A stretch of 61,884 bases of DNA, counting the filler, from Basidiobolus ranarum (taxonomy: Eukaryota): the NCBI GenBank assembly GCA_040143965.1. It is 19 parts of 19 records of this genome, joined end to end, with 100 filler letters (N's around TTAATTAATTAA, not from the genome) between each part and the next. Parts side by side here need not be neighbours in the genome. Positions count along the whole stretch, not along the records: positions 35,956 to 39,114 come from JASJQH010009562.1; positions 39,215 to 42,371 come from JASJQH010009563.1; positions 42,472 to 45,627 come from JASJQH010009564.1; positions 45,728 to 48,883 come from JASJQH010009565.1; positions 48,984 to 52,135 come from JASJQH010009566.1; 14 more parts are not named here. One strand, 5' to 3'. This document shows positions 36,869-51,333 of this stretch, piece after piece. The translations under genes and the position numbers were made by a program. The stretch's first letter is position 1, and every line of letters starts with the position of its first letter. The notes under the pieces were generated by a model. That model did not search any database. It was not told the DNA's origin and saw nothing but the letters and a program-made list of their open reading frames with translations.

Positions 36869-38990
36869 ATGAGCAACACAGAAGAATGGTCTCCTCCGTC
36901 TAGTGGCGAAAGCACCCCCAGATCTTCTCAAGATTTACCGTACATTGTAGAAAGTGATGCTGTTAATTTTCAGATAGCGGCCGACACTGATGGGATGTTA
37001 ATGCCAGGTTGGTTTTGTAAATACAATTGGCTATTTCATTGTATTATCCTAACCCTATACTTCCTTGCGTGCTATCATGATATTAAGACATCAGTCGAGT
37101 GCTTATCATTTATACTGGTGGTACTATCGGAATGAAGAATCATCAAGTTCACGGATATATGCCGGTATGCGCTTTTAAGTTCACTCATTTCACCTTCTCA
37201 TTTAATAATACTTCTATACCTTAATTGAAGGCTCCCAACTACCTTGAAGACGTTCTTTTGGGTAGTCGTCGTTTTCATGATGAGAACTTTTTACATTCGC
37301 ATTCGAGATCTTCTTCACCTGCACCTGGTGCTATTTCTCCTTCGTTTGTTTCACAGACTCCAAAATGGCTTATTACACCTTGCTCGATATATGGGAAGCG
37401 TATCAGATATAGAATTTTGGAATATGCCCCTCTTCTGGATTCCAGTAATATGCGAATGGAAGATTGGGTAAGAATCTCCACAGACATAGAAAGATACTAT
37501 GAGTACTATGATGCTTTCATTGTCCTACACGGTACTGATACAATGGCTTACACAGCTAGTGCTCTCAGTTTTATGCTTGAAGATATTGGTAAAACTGTTA
37601 TCATCACCGGATCACAAGTCCCAATATCGGAAATAAGAAATGACGGCGTAGAAAACTTGCTTGGAGCATTGACTATCGCTGGTCATTTTGTCATTCCCGA
37701 AGTATGCATCTATTTCAATAACAAATTGTTTCGTGGTAATAGATGCTCAAAGGTTGACGCCGTTAATTTCGACGCATTCGATTCTCCAAATATGAAGCCT
37801 TTGGTTGAGATTGGAATTAATATTGATGTCAACTGGGCAGAAGTATTGCGTCCTAGTGCCATTAACAAATTCCATACTCATAAAGACATGAATCCTAATG
37901 TCGCCTGCTTACGACTATTTCCTGGCATAACTGAGGCTTCTGTACGAGCTTTTCTGGCACATCCTATCCAAGGTGTTGTTTTAGAAACATTCGGAGCTGG
38001 CAACGCTCCTAGCAATAGACCTGAGCTTATCAATGCATTGGAGGAAGCTAGTAATCGAGGTGTTGTTATTGTGAATTGCACTCAATGCAAACGCGGGTCA
38101 GTATCAGATGCATACGAGGTAGCTAAACCTTTAATCCGTGCTCAAGTTGTGCCTGGTGGTGATATGACTCCTGAATGTGCTCTAACAAAGCTTAGCTATC
38201 TTCTTGGTCGCGGTTTTACTCCTGAGCAGTGCCGGGAGTTAATTGGTAAAAGTTTACGTGGGGAGCTCACCATTGTCAATAACAGACAACGCTTTTCACT
38301 CTACAATCGTACTTATAATCTAATTCAATCTGTGTTAAATAACGCATTGCCCATCAGCCTAGCAGATAATAAAATCAATACATGGGCAGAGGTTTCGGCT
38401 TACTCGCCTCAAGAGCGTACACTGGTTGAAAAATCAATGTACCCAGTATTACTTTGTGCTGCTGCTGCTTCGAACGATCTCAAGGGTTTACGGTTGCTTG
38501 ATGAAGTTCTTGGCGATCAGTTGCAATTAAACTGTATGGACTACGATGGGCGTACACCCTTGGTAAGTGCATCGAAAAGGATAAACTCACTACTATATTA
38601 TAACTCAGTATATGTATATTATTTTCAATGTAGCATCTTGCAAGTAGCGAGGGTCACTATGAATGTGTTGAATTTTTGTTGACCCAAGGCGCTAGCGTAC
38701 ATGCCCTAGATCGGTTTGGCCATACCTCCCTCTATGAAGCAGTGCGAAATCGTCATAGATCTATTGCTAAACTTTTAAGACAAGCTGGGGCACATTTCAA
38801 TGACAATGAGAAGAGGGATGTTACTTTCGATTTGAGCAGGTTGGGCACTTTCTATTTTCTTTCTTCTTGCAATGACTAATCTTCATTTAAGAGCTGCTGC
38901 TTCTGGAAATTTAGACATGGTGAAGCTATTTGTTGAAAACGGAGCTGGGGTAAACGTTCGGGTTTTTGATCAGCGTACTCCTCTTCATTA
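36869..38990 (+). CDS. ASPG: Type I L-asparaginase / 60-kDa lysophospholipase with C-terminal ankyrin repeats; ends abruptly at a Copia fragment
   Basis: IYTGGTIGM, LLDSSNM, LHGTDTMAYTASALSF, TGSQVP, FRGNRCSK and DMTPECALTKL motifs; ankyrin repeats DYDGRTPL and DRFGHTSL; four GT-AG introns. Confidence 0.95.
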
Positions 38991-39114
38991 GTATCAGTCA
39001 CTTATAGATAACCAAACTTGGACTTTGGTCAAGTTACCTGATGACCAAAAATCAATTGGATGCAAATGGGTGTTTAAAGTTAAGCAGCAAGCTGATGGAT
39101 CTGTAGAGAGATAT
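38991..39114 (+). mobile_element. Copia RT fragment fused directly to the asparaginase exon
   Basis: YQSLIDNQTWTLVKLPDDQKSIGCKWVFKVKQQADGSVERY. Confidence 0.88.
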
Positions 39115-39214
39115 NNNNNNNNNNNNNNNNNNNNNNNNNNNNNNNNNNNNNNNNNNNNTTAATTAATTAANNNNNNNNNNNNNNNNNNNNNNNNNNNNNN
39201 NNNNNNNNNNNNNN

Positions 39215-42200
39215 ATAGCGACCAGTACGAGCAAATCTAAAAGAAAGTTGGGTAAGAAATAATTACTATACTAGATTGAAAATGACAACATACTTGGTTT
39301 CGATTAATTGATCAATATCATCATCACATATGATACATCCAGTGAGATCTGATTTCCCCAATTTCTTTTGAAATGATATGGTGATCAATTTAGCCATACA
39401 ATCCTCGCATATATTATCACTTAATGTGACCTCTAAAATAGTATTGGAGTTAAGAAACGGAAAACGATTCGGAAATTCAACGGGAAAGAAAAAGGGAAAC
39501 GGAAAGGAATATCTTTCCTAATAAATCTCAATAAAGGATACGGTGTACGGAATCATGGAAATTCGTTACTAAATTACACGTATTACATCCAAGCTAATAT
39601 GTACATTATTTGTTAGATATCTTGGATTTCGATTAGAGCACTTTCAAAAGGAAATACCTTCCATCTAGGAGCTGAGGTACCGTCAAGTACCATCACTCCT
39701 TGACAAATTTCATCAGGACAACTGATGATAGCGTTGACCGTCAAAGAATGGGGACAAGTAGGATGAGGACAATGATTACATCCCATACCTGTATGCCAAT
39801 GAAATAATGATGTTAATGGTACTCTAACTCTGACTCTCACCCTTATCCTAACCATATCCACAATTGAAATAAGTCTCTTACCAGGCAAGATATTTTCAAA
39901 GGGTGGATTATTGAAGCAATTAGGACATACAGGATATCCCTTTCCTTTACTACCGGTAGTAAACAAGACCAATTCGAAATTATCTATCGGACACGTAAGC
40001 TCTTTATACAACTGAGTGAAAAATAAACGTCAATATTCATTAGCAACCATTCAACACTCTAGTAAATACCTTAATATTTCCATTGGAAGGAAGTGAATAG
40101 GTTTCGTTACAAGTTCGACAGTGAAGTCTTGCTGGTCTTAGGGGAATGTAATGCATGTATCGACGACATTTTCCACATTTCGAGAATGCTTTACCTGTAC
40201 TAGCTAAAGGAGAGAAGGTCGCTTCGAATAATTCATCCATCTTCTCCAGCTATTATATTCTCGGGTTAATTTTGGTTTCTTTTGAGATGAAATATGAAGA
40301 AAATTAAGTGGATTTACCTTGGCTAAGAAAGTCTGAAACTTCACTTTGAATATCTCAATCACTTCTTTGAGAACTGCCTGGTAATCTGCCTCACCCGTGG
40401 CTATGAGTGCGATTTTCTTCTCCATATTGGAACGAAGTCTAGGGTGATGAGAAATGTGAGTATTAAGGTGTAAGTGAATGTAAAACTCAGGTAGAGAAAC
40501 TCACGTTGGTAAAGCTAATTCGGGGTCGATTTTTTCTAACGTGAGAGAGTTAAGGAGAGAATGTATATATGGATGTTTATCATGAAGCAAATAGATATAT
40601 TTGTAAGGATACGATAACCATGAATGAGTACAATTCCAAGGTTGCTAGGTACTAGAAAACGCTTTGGCCCTTGAACCTTTATAATAGGGAGAAAGGTTTA
40701 GGAGAGGAGAGGAGAAGAGAAGAGCGGAGATTATCTCAAGAATCCAGATGTTACCTGAACATAGTTACGTTGACATATATTCGAAATATGAACAGCCATA
40801 CTGGCATCAGTTCCGATCCCATTCTTCTCCATCTAATAAGCAACGAGTCAACTTAGTAATCTAGATTACATTAAATACGCGTTAGGAGGTAGTATATTAT
40901 GTAACGTACCAAGCCAATAACATCACTTTCAGTCAGATATTCGGGCGGGGATGTCTTCCCCTCCTTAGCAGCTATTCCATTGACGACAAAGGTTTTGCCC
41001 TCCTGAATCTCACCGGAAATATTTTCGTCTTGGAGAGTTTTCCAATGCATCACAGAGGTGAATCCAGGAGTTAAGACTCGCTTTCCAGAACAAGAAAATT
41101 TCTCCTGACCAATTTCAAAGGTAACCGATGTCTTGAGATATTTCATATTGGGAAGAAGAGTTCCGATGAAGTATCTGGTGATGTAATCGTAGAGTCTCCA
41201 ACTATCGCCACTAAGTTCATACTCCGTTGCCATAGACATGGGAGTACTTCAAGCCAGTGTTTAATAACAAATCTTGCTAAAACGTTAAATGGGTCACTTA
41301 CATGGGAGGATGATCGCCTGGCAATTAAACGTTAGATAGGTCCACTCAATCATGTAGCACTATACTTACCCGCATCATGGCCACCTTCGGGGGTGGTAAA
41401 TCCATCCTTGAGAAGCATCTTAACGTCCTGTCCCCTGCAAGAACACTTAATCTTAAGGCCAAGATTGAGAAAGGAAAGAGAAGGAGGAATTTTACCAGAG
41501 TGAGTGTTCCACTTGCGTTTTTAAGACAGCTTTCAGATCGAAATTCTTGGGGTATTTAGAAGTTTCAGTTCTGGGATAACTGATGTAACCTTGAATATAC
41601 AGTCTCTCGGCAATTTGCATCTTTCACAAAATACTTTCATTAGATACTCTATGACAAGATCTAACCCTAGCCCTAACTTACTGTATCATGAGGTCCAATG
41701 CCCAAACCCACAGATGCTCCTTTTAACAACTCTACAGTGTTCAAAGCGTGTGGTCGAGACACACTCTTCCGCTCTGTATCTACTTTGATGACCCTAACAT
41801 TTACCAATGGTTTTAAAATTGATCGACCAGAGTAGTTAGGAAAGGATTGTTACTTGGCTTCTTTCATATTCTTTAGGTTTTCACTGATATCAAAGGCTTT
41901 TTTACGATCAAATATTCTTCCTCGTTCACCAGTTAAAGTCAAAGGCCCACCGGCGGAGACCTGGGCCTGTAGTGTCCAGTATGGCTGAGGTACAAATGAA
42001 AGGATGTCATCGTGGCGCTTGACACACAGAGCCAGACTTTAGGAAATGATTAGAAAATGCATACACGATTAAGTGAATATTGATACGTACGTGGGAGTTT
42101 GACATGGCCCAAAACTCACAAGATTAGAATCAAGGTTTCCGTACTTTCCTTGAAAAAAGCGTGTTTGATGTCTGGTAAAGGCACAACCAATCTATATCAT

Positions 42201-42371
42201 GATATATAAATAAGCATTCTTAGTAGAAAATCCAATGATTCCCTGCTAACTCTACCTTTAAATCCAATTCCTGCCTAACATCCACTGCTCTGGCCTCATC
42301 CCGATTGGGAGAGACCAATTTATTCATGGCTTGTTTAATATCTGTAGATGTGATCGGTAGACAGAAACATA
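39215..42371 (-). CDS. TOP3B: DNA topoisomerase III beta, intron-rich, truncated at both ends
   Basis: [28 protein letters not shown], catalytic [30 protein letters not shown], and C-terminal zinc fingers ([26 protein letters not shown]). Confidence 0.96.
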
Positions 42372-42471
42372 NNNNNNNNNNNNNNNNNNNNNNNNNNNNN
42401 NNNNNNNNNNNNNNNTTAATTAATTAANNNNNNNNNNNNNNNNNNNNNNNNNNNNNNNNNNNNNNNNNNNN

Positions 42472-45400
42472 AAATAGAGCCAAAAGGGCCACCAGAAGCT
42501 ATCCTTGCCTTTCACAAGAAGCAAAGAAAAGCACTCTCTACACTTTGTCTACATCTCAGAGATTCTCAATTCAGGCAAATACAATCAGCCAAAAACATCA
42601 AAAATGCTTGGGAAACACTTGAGGGACTATATGAGACTAAAAGTCTGGCCAATAGGATATATTTTAGGTGAAAATTGTTCTCAATTCAGATGAATCCTAA
42701 TGAATCTATGCTTACACATATAAATTGTATAAACACTATGGCAGATCAGCTCTCATCCTTTGGAACACCTCTAAATGAAGAAGACTTAGTCATGACACTA
42801 CTTGGGAGCCTGCCAAACAAGTTTTGGAACCTCATAATTGCCCTATAATCAAGATCAGAGCCATGAACAATGGAATATGTTGGTGCTAGGCTTTTGAATG
42901 AAGAATTAAGCAGATCTAATTCTCAGCAAAACAATGCAGAACAGGCATTTTTTGGAGCTGTGAAATGTCCAACAGGCTTCAATAATGGTGCCCCTATTGG
43001 GAAATTAATCATCTGCAAGTATTGCAAGAAACCAGGCCATTTAATCAATGATTGCAGAAAAAGGATTTTTGCCAGAAGCCTAAAATCAGAACAAGCAAAT
43101 AAAGTAAGCACTGATTGATATCATCTATTTGTGTGTGCCCTATCAGTAACCACTAAAGAAGACTTGGAAATGTGGTACATTGATTCAGGAACTTCCCAAT
43201 ATATGTCAAACAGGAAAGATTAGTTTTCCAGCTTAAGACCAATCCAAACAAGGAATATCTACTTAGGTAATGACTAAGCACTAGATGCAGTTGGTAAAGG
43301 CATAGTGGTACTCAATTAAGACCAAAATTCAGCTTCACCATCTGCAAAACTAGATGCTGTACTCAATGTACCAAATATATCACAGAGCAGATTTATACCA
43401 AATTAGCTACTGGGATTAAAACTTAAAACTTATACAAGCTAGAAATCAACAAAATGCATTCTAAGCATGCAAACTTGGCCAAAACTGGTAAAATAAGTTG
43501 TCAAAAGTGGCATAGAAGATTAGGCCATATTGGGAAGCAAAAACCAACCCAAATGATCCAAAATCAGCTTGTTTCAAGCTTGGAAATTGGAAATATCACT
43601 AAATTGGGTCTGTGAAAAGGATGCATATATGGAAAATATCACGGACAGCTGTTTTCATATCACAGACAGCCGTTTTCAAGCTTTGGAGAGATCAAATCCA
43701 CTCAGAAATTTTCCCTGATTCATTCTGAACTATGTGGGCCCAAGGAGAATGTCCTACTGGGTGGAAAGAGATACTTTATGATTTTTATTGATGACAAAAC
43801 AAGATATAATTGGGTATTCATTTGCACATCAAAATCTGAAACCTTCGCTATTTCAAGCACTACAAAGCATTGGTAGAGAAAGAACCAGTACAAAAAATAA
43901 TGGTACTAAGGAGTGGTAATGGTGGAGAATACTGCTCTAAAGACTTTACTAGTTTTTGCTCTTAACATGGAATTAAGCAACAAACTACCATACCTTATAC
44001 TTTACACCAAAATGGAGTTGCAGAACGTGCTAATAGGACCAAAGTGGAGATGGCAAGATCAATGTTACATGATCAAAAGTTAGATCACCAATATTGAGCT
44101 GAATCTGTTCTCACTGCAGTCTATATCAAAAACAGATTGCCCAACAAGATTGCTACAAAGTTCTACTCCATTTGAAGCTCTATATGGAACAAATCCAAGT
44201 GTGGATCATCTCAGGATCTTTGGTTGCAGAGCATATTGCATAATTCCAGCTCAAAAATGCTCAACATTGGAACCCAAAAGCAGAAAATGCATATTTCTTG
44301 GTTACTGTGATGGATCCAAGGCCTACAGACTGTTTGATACCAAAAATCAGATGTTTATTAAGTGCAGAGATGTGATTTTTGATGAAAAAGTAGATAGTTC
44401 ATCTCAAATCACAGTTCTTGATCCAGAAAACACAATTAGCACTATTCAGAAAGCGTCTGACAAAATTCCAGCTGTATTTGAGCCCTATTCAACCAAAATT
44501 TCAGTCCCAATTACATCAAAGTATGATTTGGGACCCAGAAGATCATCCAGAAGGAGAAATAAGCCAGGAAACTGGTGGAACACTTCCAATGATGATGTAT
44601 ATGCTTATGCAGCATTCTGTGATGAGCTAAAGACTCTAGATCAAACTTTGGAGTGTCCAGAATCAAAATTATGGGAAAAAGCAATGTCAGATGAGTTTTC
44701 TTCACTTCAGGACAATAAAACATGGGTTTCAAGTCCTCTTCCATCAGGGAGAAAGTCAATAGGTTGCAAATGGGTCTACAAAGTCAAAAACCATGGTGAT
44801 GGAACCATAGAAAGGTACAAAGCAAGATTAGTTGCAAAAGACTATTCCCTGACTCCAGGATTTGATTTTAATAAAACCTTTGCCCCAGTACCTAAGTTTA
44901 GCTCCATTAGATCAATCCTGGCACTCTCAGCTGTCCATAACCTTGATCTACATCAAATGGATGTAAAAAGAGCCTTTCTGAATGGAAATCTAGAAGAAGA
45001 GATCTATATGGAGCAACCAGAAGGATTTGTTGAACCAAAACATCCCAATATGGTCTGTAAACTGCAAAAATCACTCTATGGACTCAAGCAAGCACCCAGG
45101 GCATGGTACAACAAGATAAATACCTGTTTGGAATCTCTGGAATTCCAAAAATCCGCAGCAGATCACAGTATTTACATCAAAACAACCAGAAATAGGATCC
45201 TCATCTTGACACTATATGTGGATGACTTAATCATAGCCACAAATGATCTACAAGCAATTAATCAGACAAAAAGCAGCTTATCAAATCAATTACAGAGGAC
45301 TGATATGGGCGAATTAAGTTATTTTCTTGGAATTCAAATCAAGAGAGATAAACCCAATCAGAAAATCATGCTGAATGAGTCTAGATACTTCCTAGACATC

Positions 45401-45627
45401 TGAAAATGCTTCAACATGGAGAATAGCAAAGCCTGTGTCAACACCAATGGGTCCAAATGTGAAATTAAATAAAATTTCATCTGATCTGGCCCAAAATGAC
45501 TCAAATCAAAGCCAGGAGTTCCCTTATCAATCCATGGTTGGTAGTTAACGTATACAATGGTTGGAACACATCCAGATATTGCTGTGGCATTGGGAAGTGT
45601 CAGCCAATACCTCAAAAATTCAGCCAA
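42472..45627 (+). mobile_element. Copia family A internal region (gag-PR-IN-RT), defective
   Basis: Zinc knuckle, [58 protein letters not shown] and LYVDD motifs in Copia domain order. Confidence 0.97.
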
Positions 45628-46589
45628 NNNNNNNNNNNNNNNNNNNNNNNNNNNNNNNNNNNNNNNNNNNNTTAATTAATTAANNNNNNNNNNNNNNNNN
45701 NNNNNNNNNNNNNNNNNNNNNNNNNNNAAATGTAACAGGGTTCGGGGTTATAATTCTGCCTAAATAGTTGGCTTGTCTCAACTACAGGTAGTTTAGAGAG
45801 ACCTTGTAATGACTACACCTGTACAATCAAATGAGAAAGTACCGGCTATTTACTTCCAGGCATCCGAAGAGCAACGTTGTACTATCTACATCTAACATGA
45901 TAAAACCAATGAGATTTATTAAATACTGAAATACTGCCAACTGTCAGTCCACTTCATATCATAAAAACGACAAATGATTTCATACACGTTGAGAGGATTC
46001 CCTTACTAGTCTTGCCTAATCATCACAGCCAATTGGATACCCAACAGTATTTCATGTTATTTAGTGAGCACCAAAGATATGGATCGACACACTTAGTTCC
46101 CTTTCAAAGTAAGACCCCAAACCTGATTTACGGTATTGAACACTCATACTTTCTTTATACAGCCACTGTTTTCTATTTGTACACTAGAGAGGTAACGAAT
46201 CTAGGATCACATCTTTCAATAAGGAAGCTGCTGTTTTCATATCGTAATTAGTAGCTTTCCAATTGGCACTAATCTGGTGAACACACACACGTATATAGAG
46301 TGCTTTTAGGTTGAACAAAATTGGTGAAAAGTGCACACGACAACACAGACATGCTTATTTGTATACTGATTCGTTTTTGTATGCGATTCCAGGGTTACAG
46401 ATCTGGAATACCAGATGATGATGTCAGGAATTTTCTGCCACTTGCATGCTGTATATTACATATTACCTAATGCTTTAACTTGTGTGTTATTCGTGAGCTT
46501 TGACCACAGATTTGATTGGTATGTATTTTAACATCTTATTAAAACGATAGTATATTGGGGCTGGTTGGATTGCGACACCAAACTAATTG

Positions 46590-47185
46590 CATCGATTTAA
46601 TCCTTACAAACGATTCAGTCAATTTCGGTGAATCCGCTACAGCCAAATATCTTGTCGTTTCGGTTTTGCCGAATTCAATCAATATCCTGTTGAGGGGACA
46701 GAATCTGGTTTCATATATATATGGTGATCTGGTTAGCATATCAGACTTATTTCAGGACCAATGAATGCCAACCAGCAAATGAAGTGATCACAGAGAATTA
46801 CTTGATAACAACCTCCAGCTTGAAAGTTGGCCGATATATTTAAAGAGCCATCCAAAAGGGCTCTGTTTGGAATGGTCTGCCTACCTAAGAGAATTGCATT
46901 AACTTTCAAATTGATGGACGGTATCTCTACTTTCAGTATACTCGTGACCACTTGTTGAAACACATCTGTCTCATCCTCGCAAACATAGGAAAAACAAAGT
47001 GCAGCCAAAAGATTCGCAAAATCTTGATTGAATTCTGTTGCTAAATATTGTTAATTTGGAATATTGTCACTATCAGATATACATGGTTGCTCCCCTATGC
47101 CTTTGTTGCCTTTTTTACTCAATGGTAGTATCCCAAATGTGTTCTGATTTGAGGAGTTGTTTAAGAAAGTTTCTGTATTGAACAT
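46590..47185 (-). CDS. Hypothetical spliced gene or gene remnant, no recognisable family
   Basis: ATG at 47185 plus a frame-preserving GT-AG intron leads into the 46733-47008 ORF; normal CpG content; downstream exons are uncertain. Confidence 0.3.
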
Positions 47186-49370
47186 GCTTCATACTGATTG
47201 GCCATTGTGACTATATTCTCTGGCTATTCATAATACTTGTTACTTACATGTGGCATTTTTTTAACATATATAGTGTACCTCACTCTTTACTATAATGCAC
47301 ATCAAAGTTGTTATTTCTACAGTCAATATCCAACCATCCACCCATGACTCTGATTCATCTAACCCCGGCCTTTTGCATCCTAATTTTGGCCAATATTATT
47401 ATCTTTGAATGTGAACTGATCTCGGTTTCCTAAATAACTTGAGTAGATCACTCTCGATTAAAAATGATCAAGAAAGCACTACTTTGATATCTCTTATGAA
47501 GCGTGTTGCCCTTGGATTCGTAATCCAAAATTTACCAGCTTCATCTGGCTCACTTCGGTAGTTTAAATCTAGGGATTTAGGCTTCACTGACCTTGAGCAA
47601 ATTAAATATGGATAGCCCACATTTACGAACCTACATGGCTATGTTCTAAATTCATCGCCTGATTTTATACAATTTCAAAACATTGCTAGAATCTTGCTTT
47701 TTCGGAACATTCCGCCAACTAAGTATTGCCGATACTCAACCTTAAAGATTCAATTTGTTTAAGGAGCCAGAACCGAAGTCTTCTATCTGTAGTCGATAGT
47801 TATTGATTAGGTGCAGTTGTACACAAGAGCCAAAACTTTCGGATCCAAATCTCTTCCAACGCGCCACTGCTGCTCCAAGTAGATATAAGCATAAATTGAT
47901 GATTGTTTTCGTATTTACGTGGAGCTGGCCATGAAACGAACAATAACTTCTGGAAATCACGTACCAACTTTATTAGAGCGAGAGGAGGATGCTGATTAGG
48001 TTAGCACAATACTCATTTATGTATTCCGAATATACATGTACATCAGCTACGATCTAGGCCTAAACGACTTCCTGGCCACTGCTTATCCTAGACCAACTTA
48101 AGACTTCAGCATCTAGCAGCTGGCTTGCATTGTTACTCCAACATCTTCTGATGCACTTGCAAATATTCAATCTGGTGCTCTATGTGTTTCCCCTAAAAAA
48201 TAGAGGGTGGAATATTTGTAATGATTCTTATTTCTCTATCCACTATCCCATATCTAGCTCAAAGGCGTCTGATTTGATACGTAAAGTTACACAATTGAAA
48301 GTGACTTAGGTTTTATGGCAAATTAAGCATATACTAAAAGCATCCATTCACATCCCCATTATACTTCACTAATCTTCCCTTCAGATCGATATGAGACACT
48401 AAACTAGAGACACAGTTGTGATCAGTTGGTTGCTGAGACACGCAACCTCACCATTTAACTCTTCAAGTGGTCTTATTCATCAAGAAGGTAGCAGCATTCC
48501 TAAAGTGTTTTCAATGGCAAGAAAATAAATGTAACTCAGGTGGTTCAGACCGTCCTATTTGGGAGCTAGCTTTGTGGAATTATATCAGTTCAATTGAAAG
48601 GCTTGGCTTACACAGAGTCCATTTTACATTGTTCATAATTAACGAAACCAGTTTCCGGTAATCAAATCCTTACTACAATCAATCATATAATTGGAGGAAT
48701 GGAAAATAAACCGGTTTGGGCGCGCTTTTTAGCCTAGATTTCTACATTTCTTAATTTCATTCCAATCATGAGCGAGGGTTGATAATCTAAATAAGGTTAA
48801 GCTTACAGGATAAAATCGTTCGCTAAACTTAAAAAGGACTCATAGCCAGTTCTCCATATTGTCTTTTCTCACCATTTCATCCTNNNNNNNNNNNNNNNNN
48901 NNNNNNNNNNNNNNNNNNNNNNNNNNNTTAATTAATTAANNNNNNNNNNNNNNNNNNNNNNNNNNNNNNNNNNNNNNNNNNNNATCCGAGCGATTTTATA
49001 TTCACTGCTGACAATCAACTTCAAAATCATGGCTTAATTTGGATAGGTCTTTCATGGCTAATATTTGAATAGATTCTATTGTGACTAACTTGGTATCATG
49101 ATGTCTAATGGCATTCATGTCAATCAGAACAACACCTTGCCATCACTGATTAAGATTATACTAGTGATTTTTTGCTCATGTTGGGAGACCAATCTTCCCA
49201 CGAATATGCTGAACTCTAAGTAAAACCAGAGGTGGGAGAGATCTGATTCATAATGATTCTGGAGAAATCAGTCAACTATTTAAGAAGGTCTACGAACCAC
49301 AAGTAAGCCATAAAATTGGAACTCCCTCTTGTTTCTTTTTGGTTACGAAATTCCCATCTTTATTCCCATC

Positions 49371-50636
49371 ATGCTAGCCTCCACCCTCAAATCTCTCCCA
49401 CTATGTTCAGCTCGTCCTCGGTTAACCAGCGCACTTGGCCGGTCAGCAGTGTTTCAGAAACGTGGACTTCAAATTCAAAATCTACCTGTAAAGCCAAAGC
49501 CAGTGAATCATCTTATTACTTTGGCTGACCTCTCTAAAGAACAAATACACCGTCTCTTAACTAATGCCGCTCAACACAAGTACAACGTCAAATATGAAGA
49601 TAAGCCCTCATCGAAACCACTAGATGGAAAGAGTGTAGCGTTGATATTCTCAAAACGTTCAACTCGTACTCGTGTGGCTTCTGAAACTGCTACCGCATAT
49701 CTAGGTAAGTATTCTTGTGAAGTTAACGATGCTAGTCTCGTTTATTAAGTTCCCTTCGTGATTATAGGTGGCCACGCTATGTTCCTTGGCTCACAAGATA
49801 TTCAAATGGGTGTGAATGAATCATTACTGGATACTTCAGTTGTTGTTTCAAGTATGGTAAACGGAATTATGGCTCGTGTTGGTGCTCATGACGAAATATT
49901 GGTTGGGAAGCATTCATTATATTTTTTTTCTCAGATAAATTACTCATCTAGGAACTAAATAATTTAGGAACTCGCAAAGCACTCAACTGTGCCTGTGGTA
50001 AACGCATTGACTGACAAGTACCACCCAACTCAGATTCTGGCTGATCTGCTTACCCTTCACGAGGTTTATTCAAAGGAACATGCCGATAACAAGGATTCCC
50101 CATATTGTGCTCATCTTGTCAATCCAGGCAAGACACTGCCAGGTCTCAAGGTGGCTTGGATTGGCGATGCTAACAATATTCTCCATAGCATGATGGTTGC
50201 TTTGCCAAAGCTTGGTCTCCATCTATCTGTTGCTACGCCTTCCAAGTATCACCCTGATGATGACGTATTAAACATTGCCAAAAAGGAAGCTGCAAAATCT
50301 AACACTGAACTCCTATTCACCTCATCTCCCTTGGAGGCTATCAATGGAGCTGATGTGATTGTAACGGATACATGGGTTAGTATGGGGCAGGAAGCAGAAA
50401 AGGCCCAACGACTTAAGGAGTTTTCAGGCTACCAAGTTACCATGGATATGATTAAAAAGGGTAACGCCAACAACAACTGGAAGTTCCTTCATTGCCTACC
50501 TCGTAAACCAGAAGAGGTTGATGATGAGGTATTCTATTCGAAAAATTCCTTAGTGTTCGAAGAGGCTGAGAATCGTAAATGGACTATATTGGCTATATTC
50601 GAAGCACTCTTTGCTAATGGAAAGTTTGAATCATGA
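49371..50636 (+). CDS. ARG3: Ornithine carbamoyltransferase, mitochondrial precursor
   Basis: Exons 49371..49704, 49768..49901 and 49968..50636. SKRSTRTR, HPTQILADL, TDTWVSMG, FLHCLPR and EAENRKW motifs; Arg/Ser/Leu-rich presequence. Confidence 0.98.
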
Positions 50637-51333
50637 TCACTCGGCACTTTGCACCTACTATTATACCACCCTCACTTGATTTGATATCATATAATTCATG
50701 TATCTTTCCTTCTCAACAATTCTCTATCCTTTGAAGTAATGTTTATAATAAAGTACGACCTTTATGCACTAAAAATTTGTCAGGTGCCTCGAAAACACTT
50801 TTTAAATGCTGTGACCACTCCATATATGGAACGAACTTGCAAAGGAGAATTTAAATTGGTAATTAGTCTAGTACATGAGAATTGGCTTCATATATGCTGG
50901 TGACTCTTCGAACGGTACTTTTATGAGAGTAACATAGTAGCAGATGAGCAAAGATACAGTTTGATGCACTCTAATCCTACAGTGGGACGACAAAGTCAAA
51001 TCCATCTCTTAATCCTATTATATTATATCATTCTAATGTGTTTATTTTTCGATCTTTTTATGGTTTGGTGATAATAAGAGATTTCTCATAACACGAAAGG
51101 GTTTTTATGACTCTGGCCGACCTCTATCAATTTATGAGATTTACATAACAATCAGCTTGGATATATTAAAAAGCTGTGAGTACAAACAACATGTATGAGT
51201 TAATATTGAGAATAGATAATTCTAGGAAGAATCAAATAGTAAAGAATGAACAAATAAGGAAGGAATGAGTTTATAAGTCTGGATGATTTATACAACTTTG
51301 AGCTAGAATATAATCGAATATCAACAAAATTTC

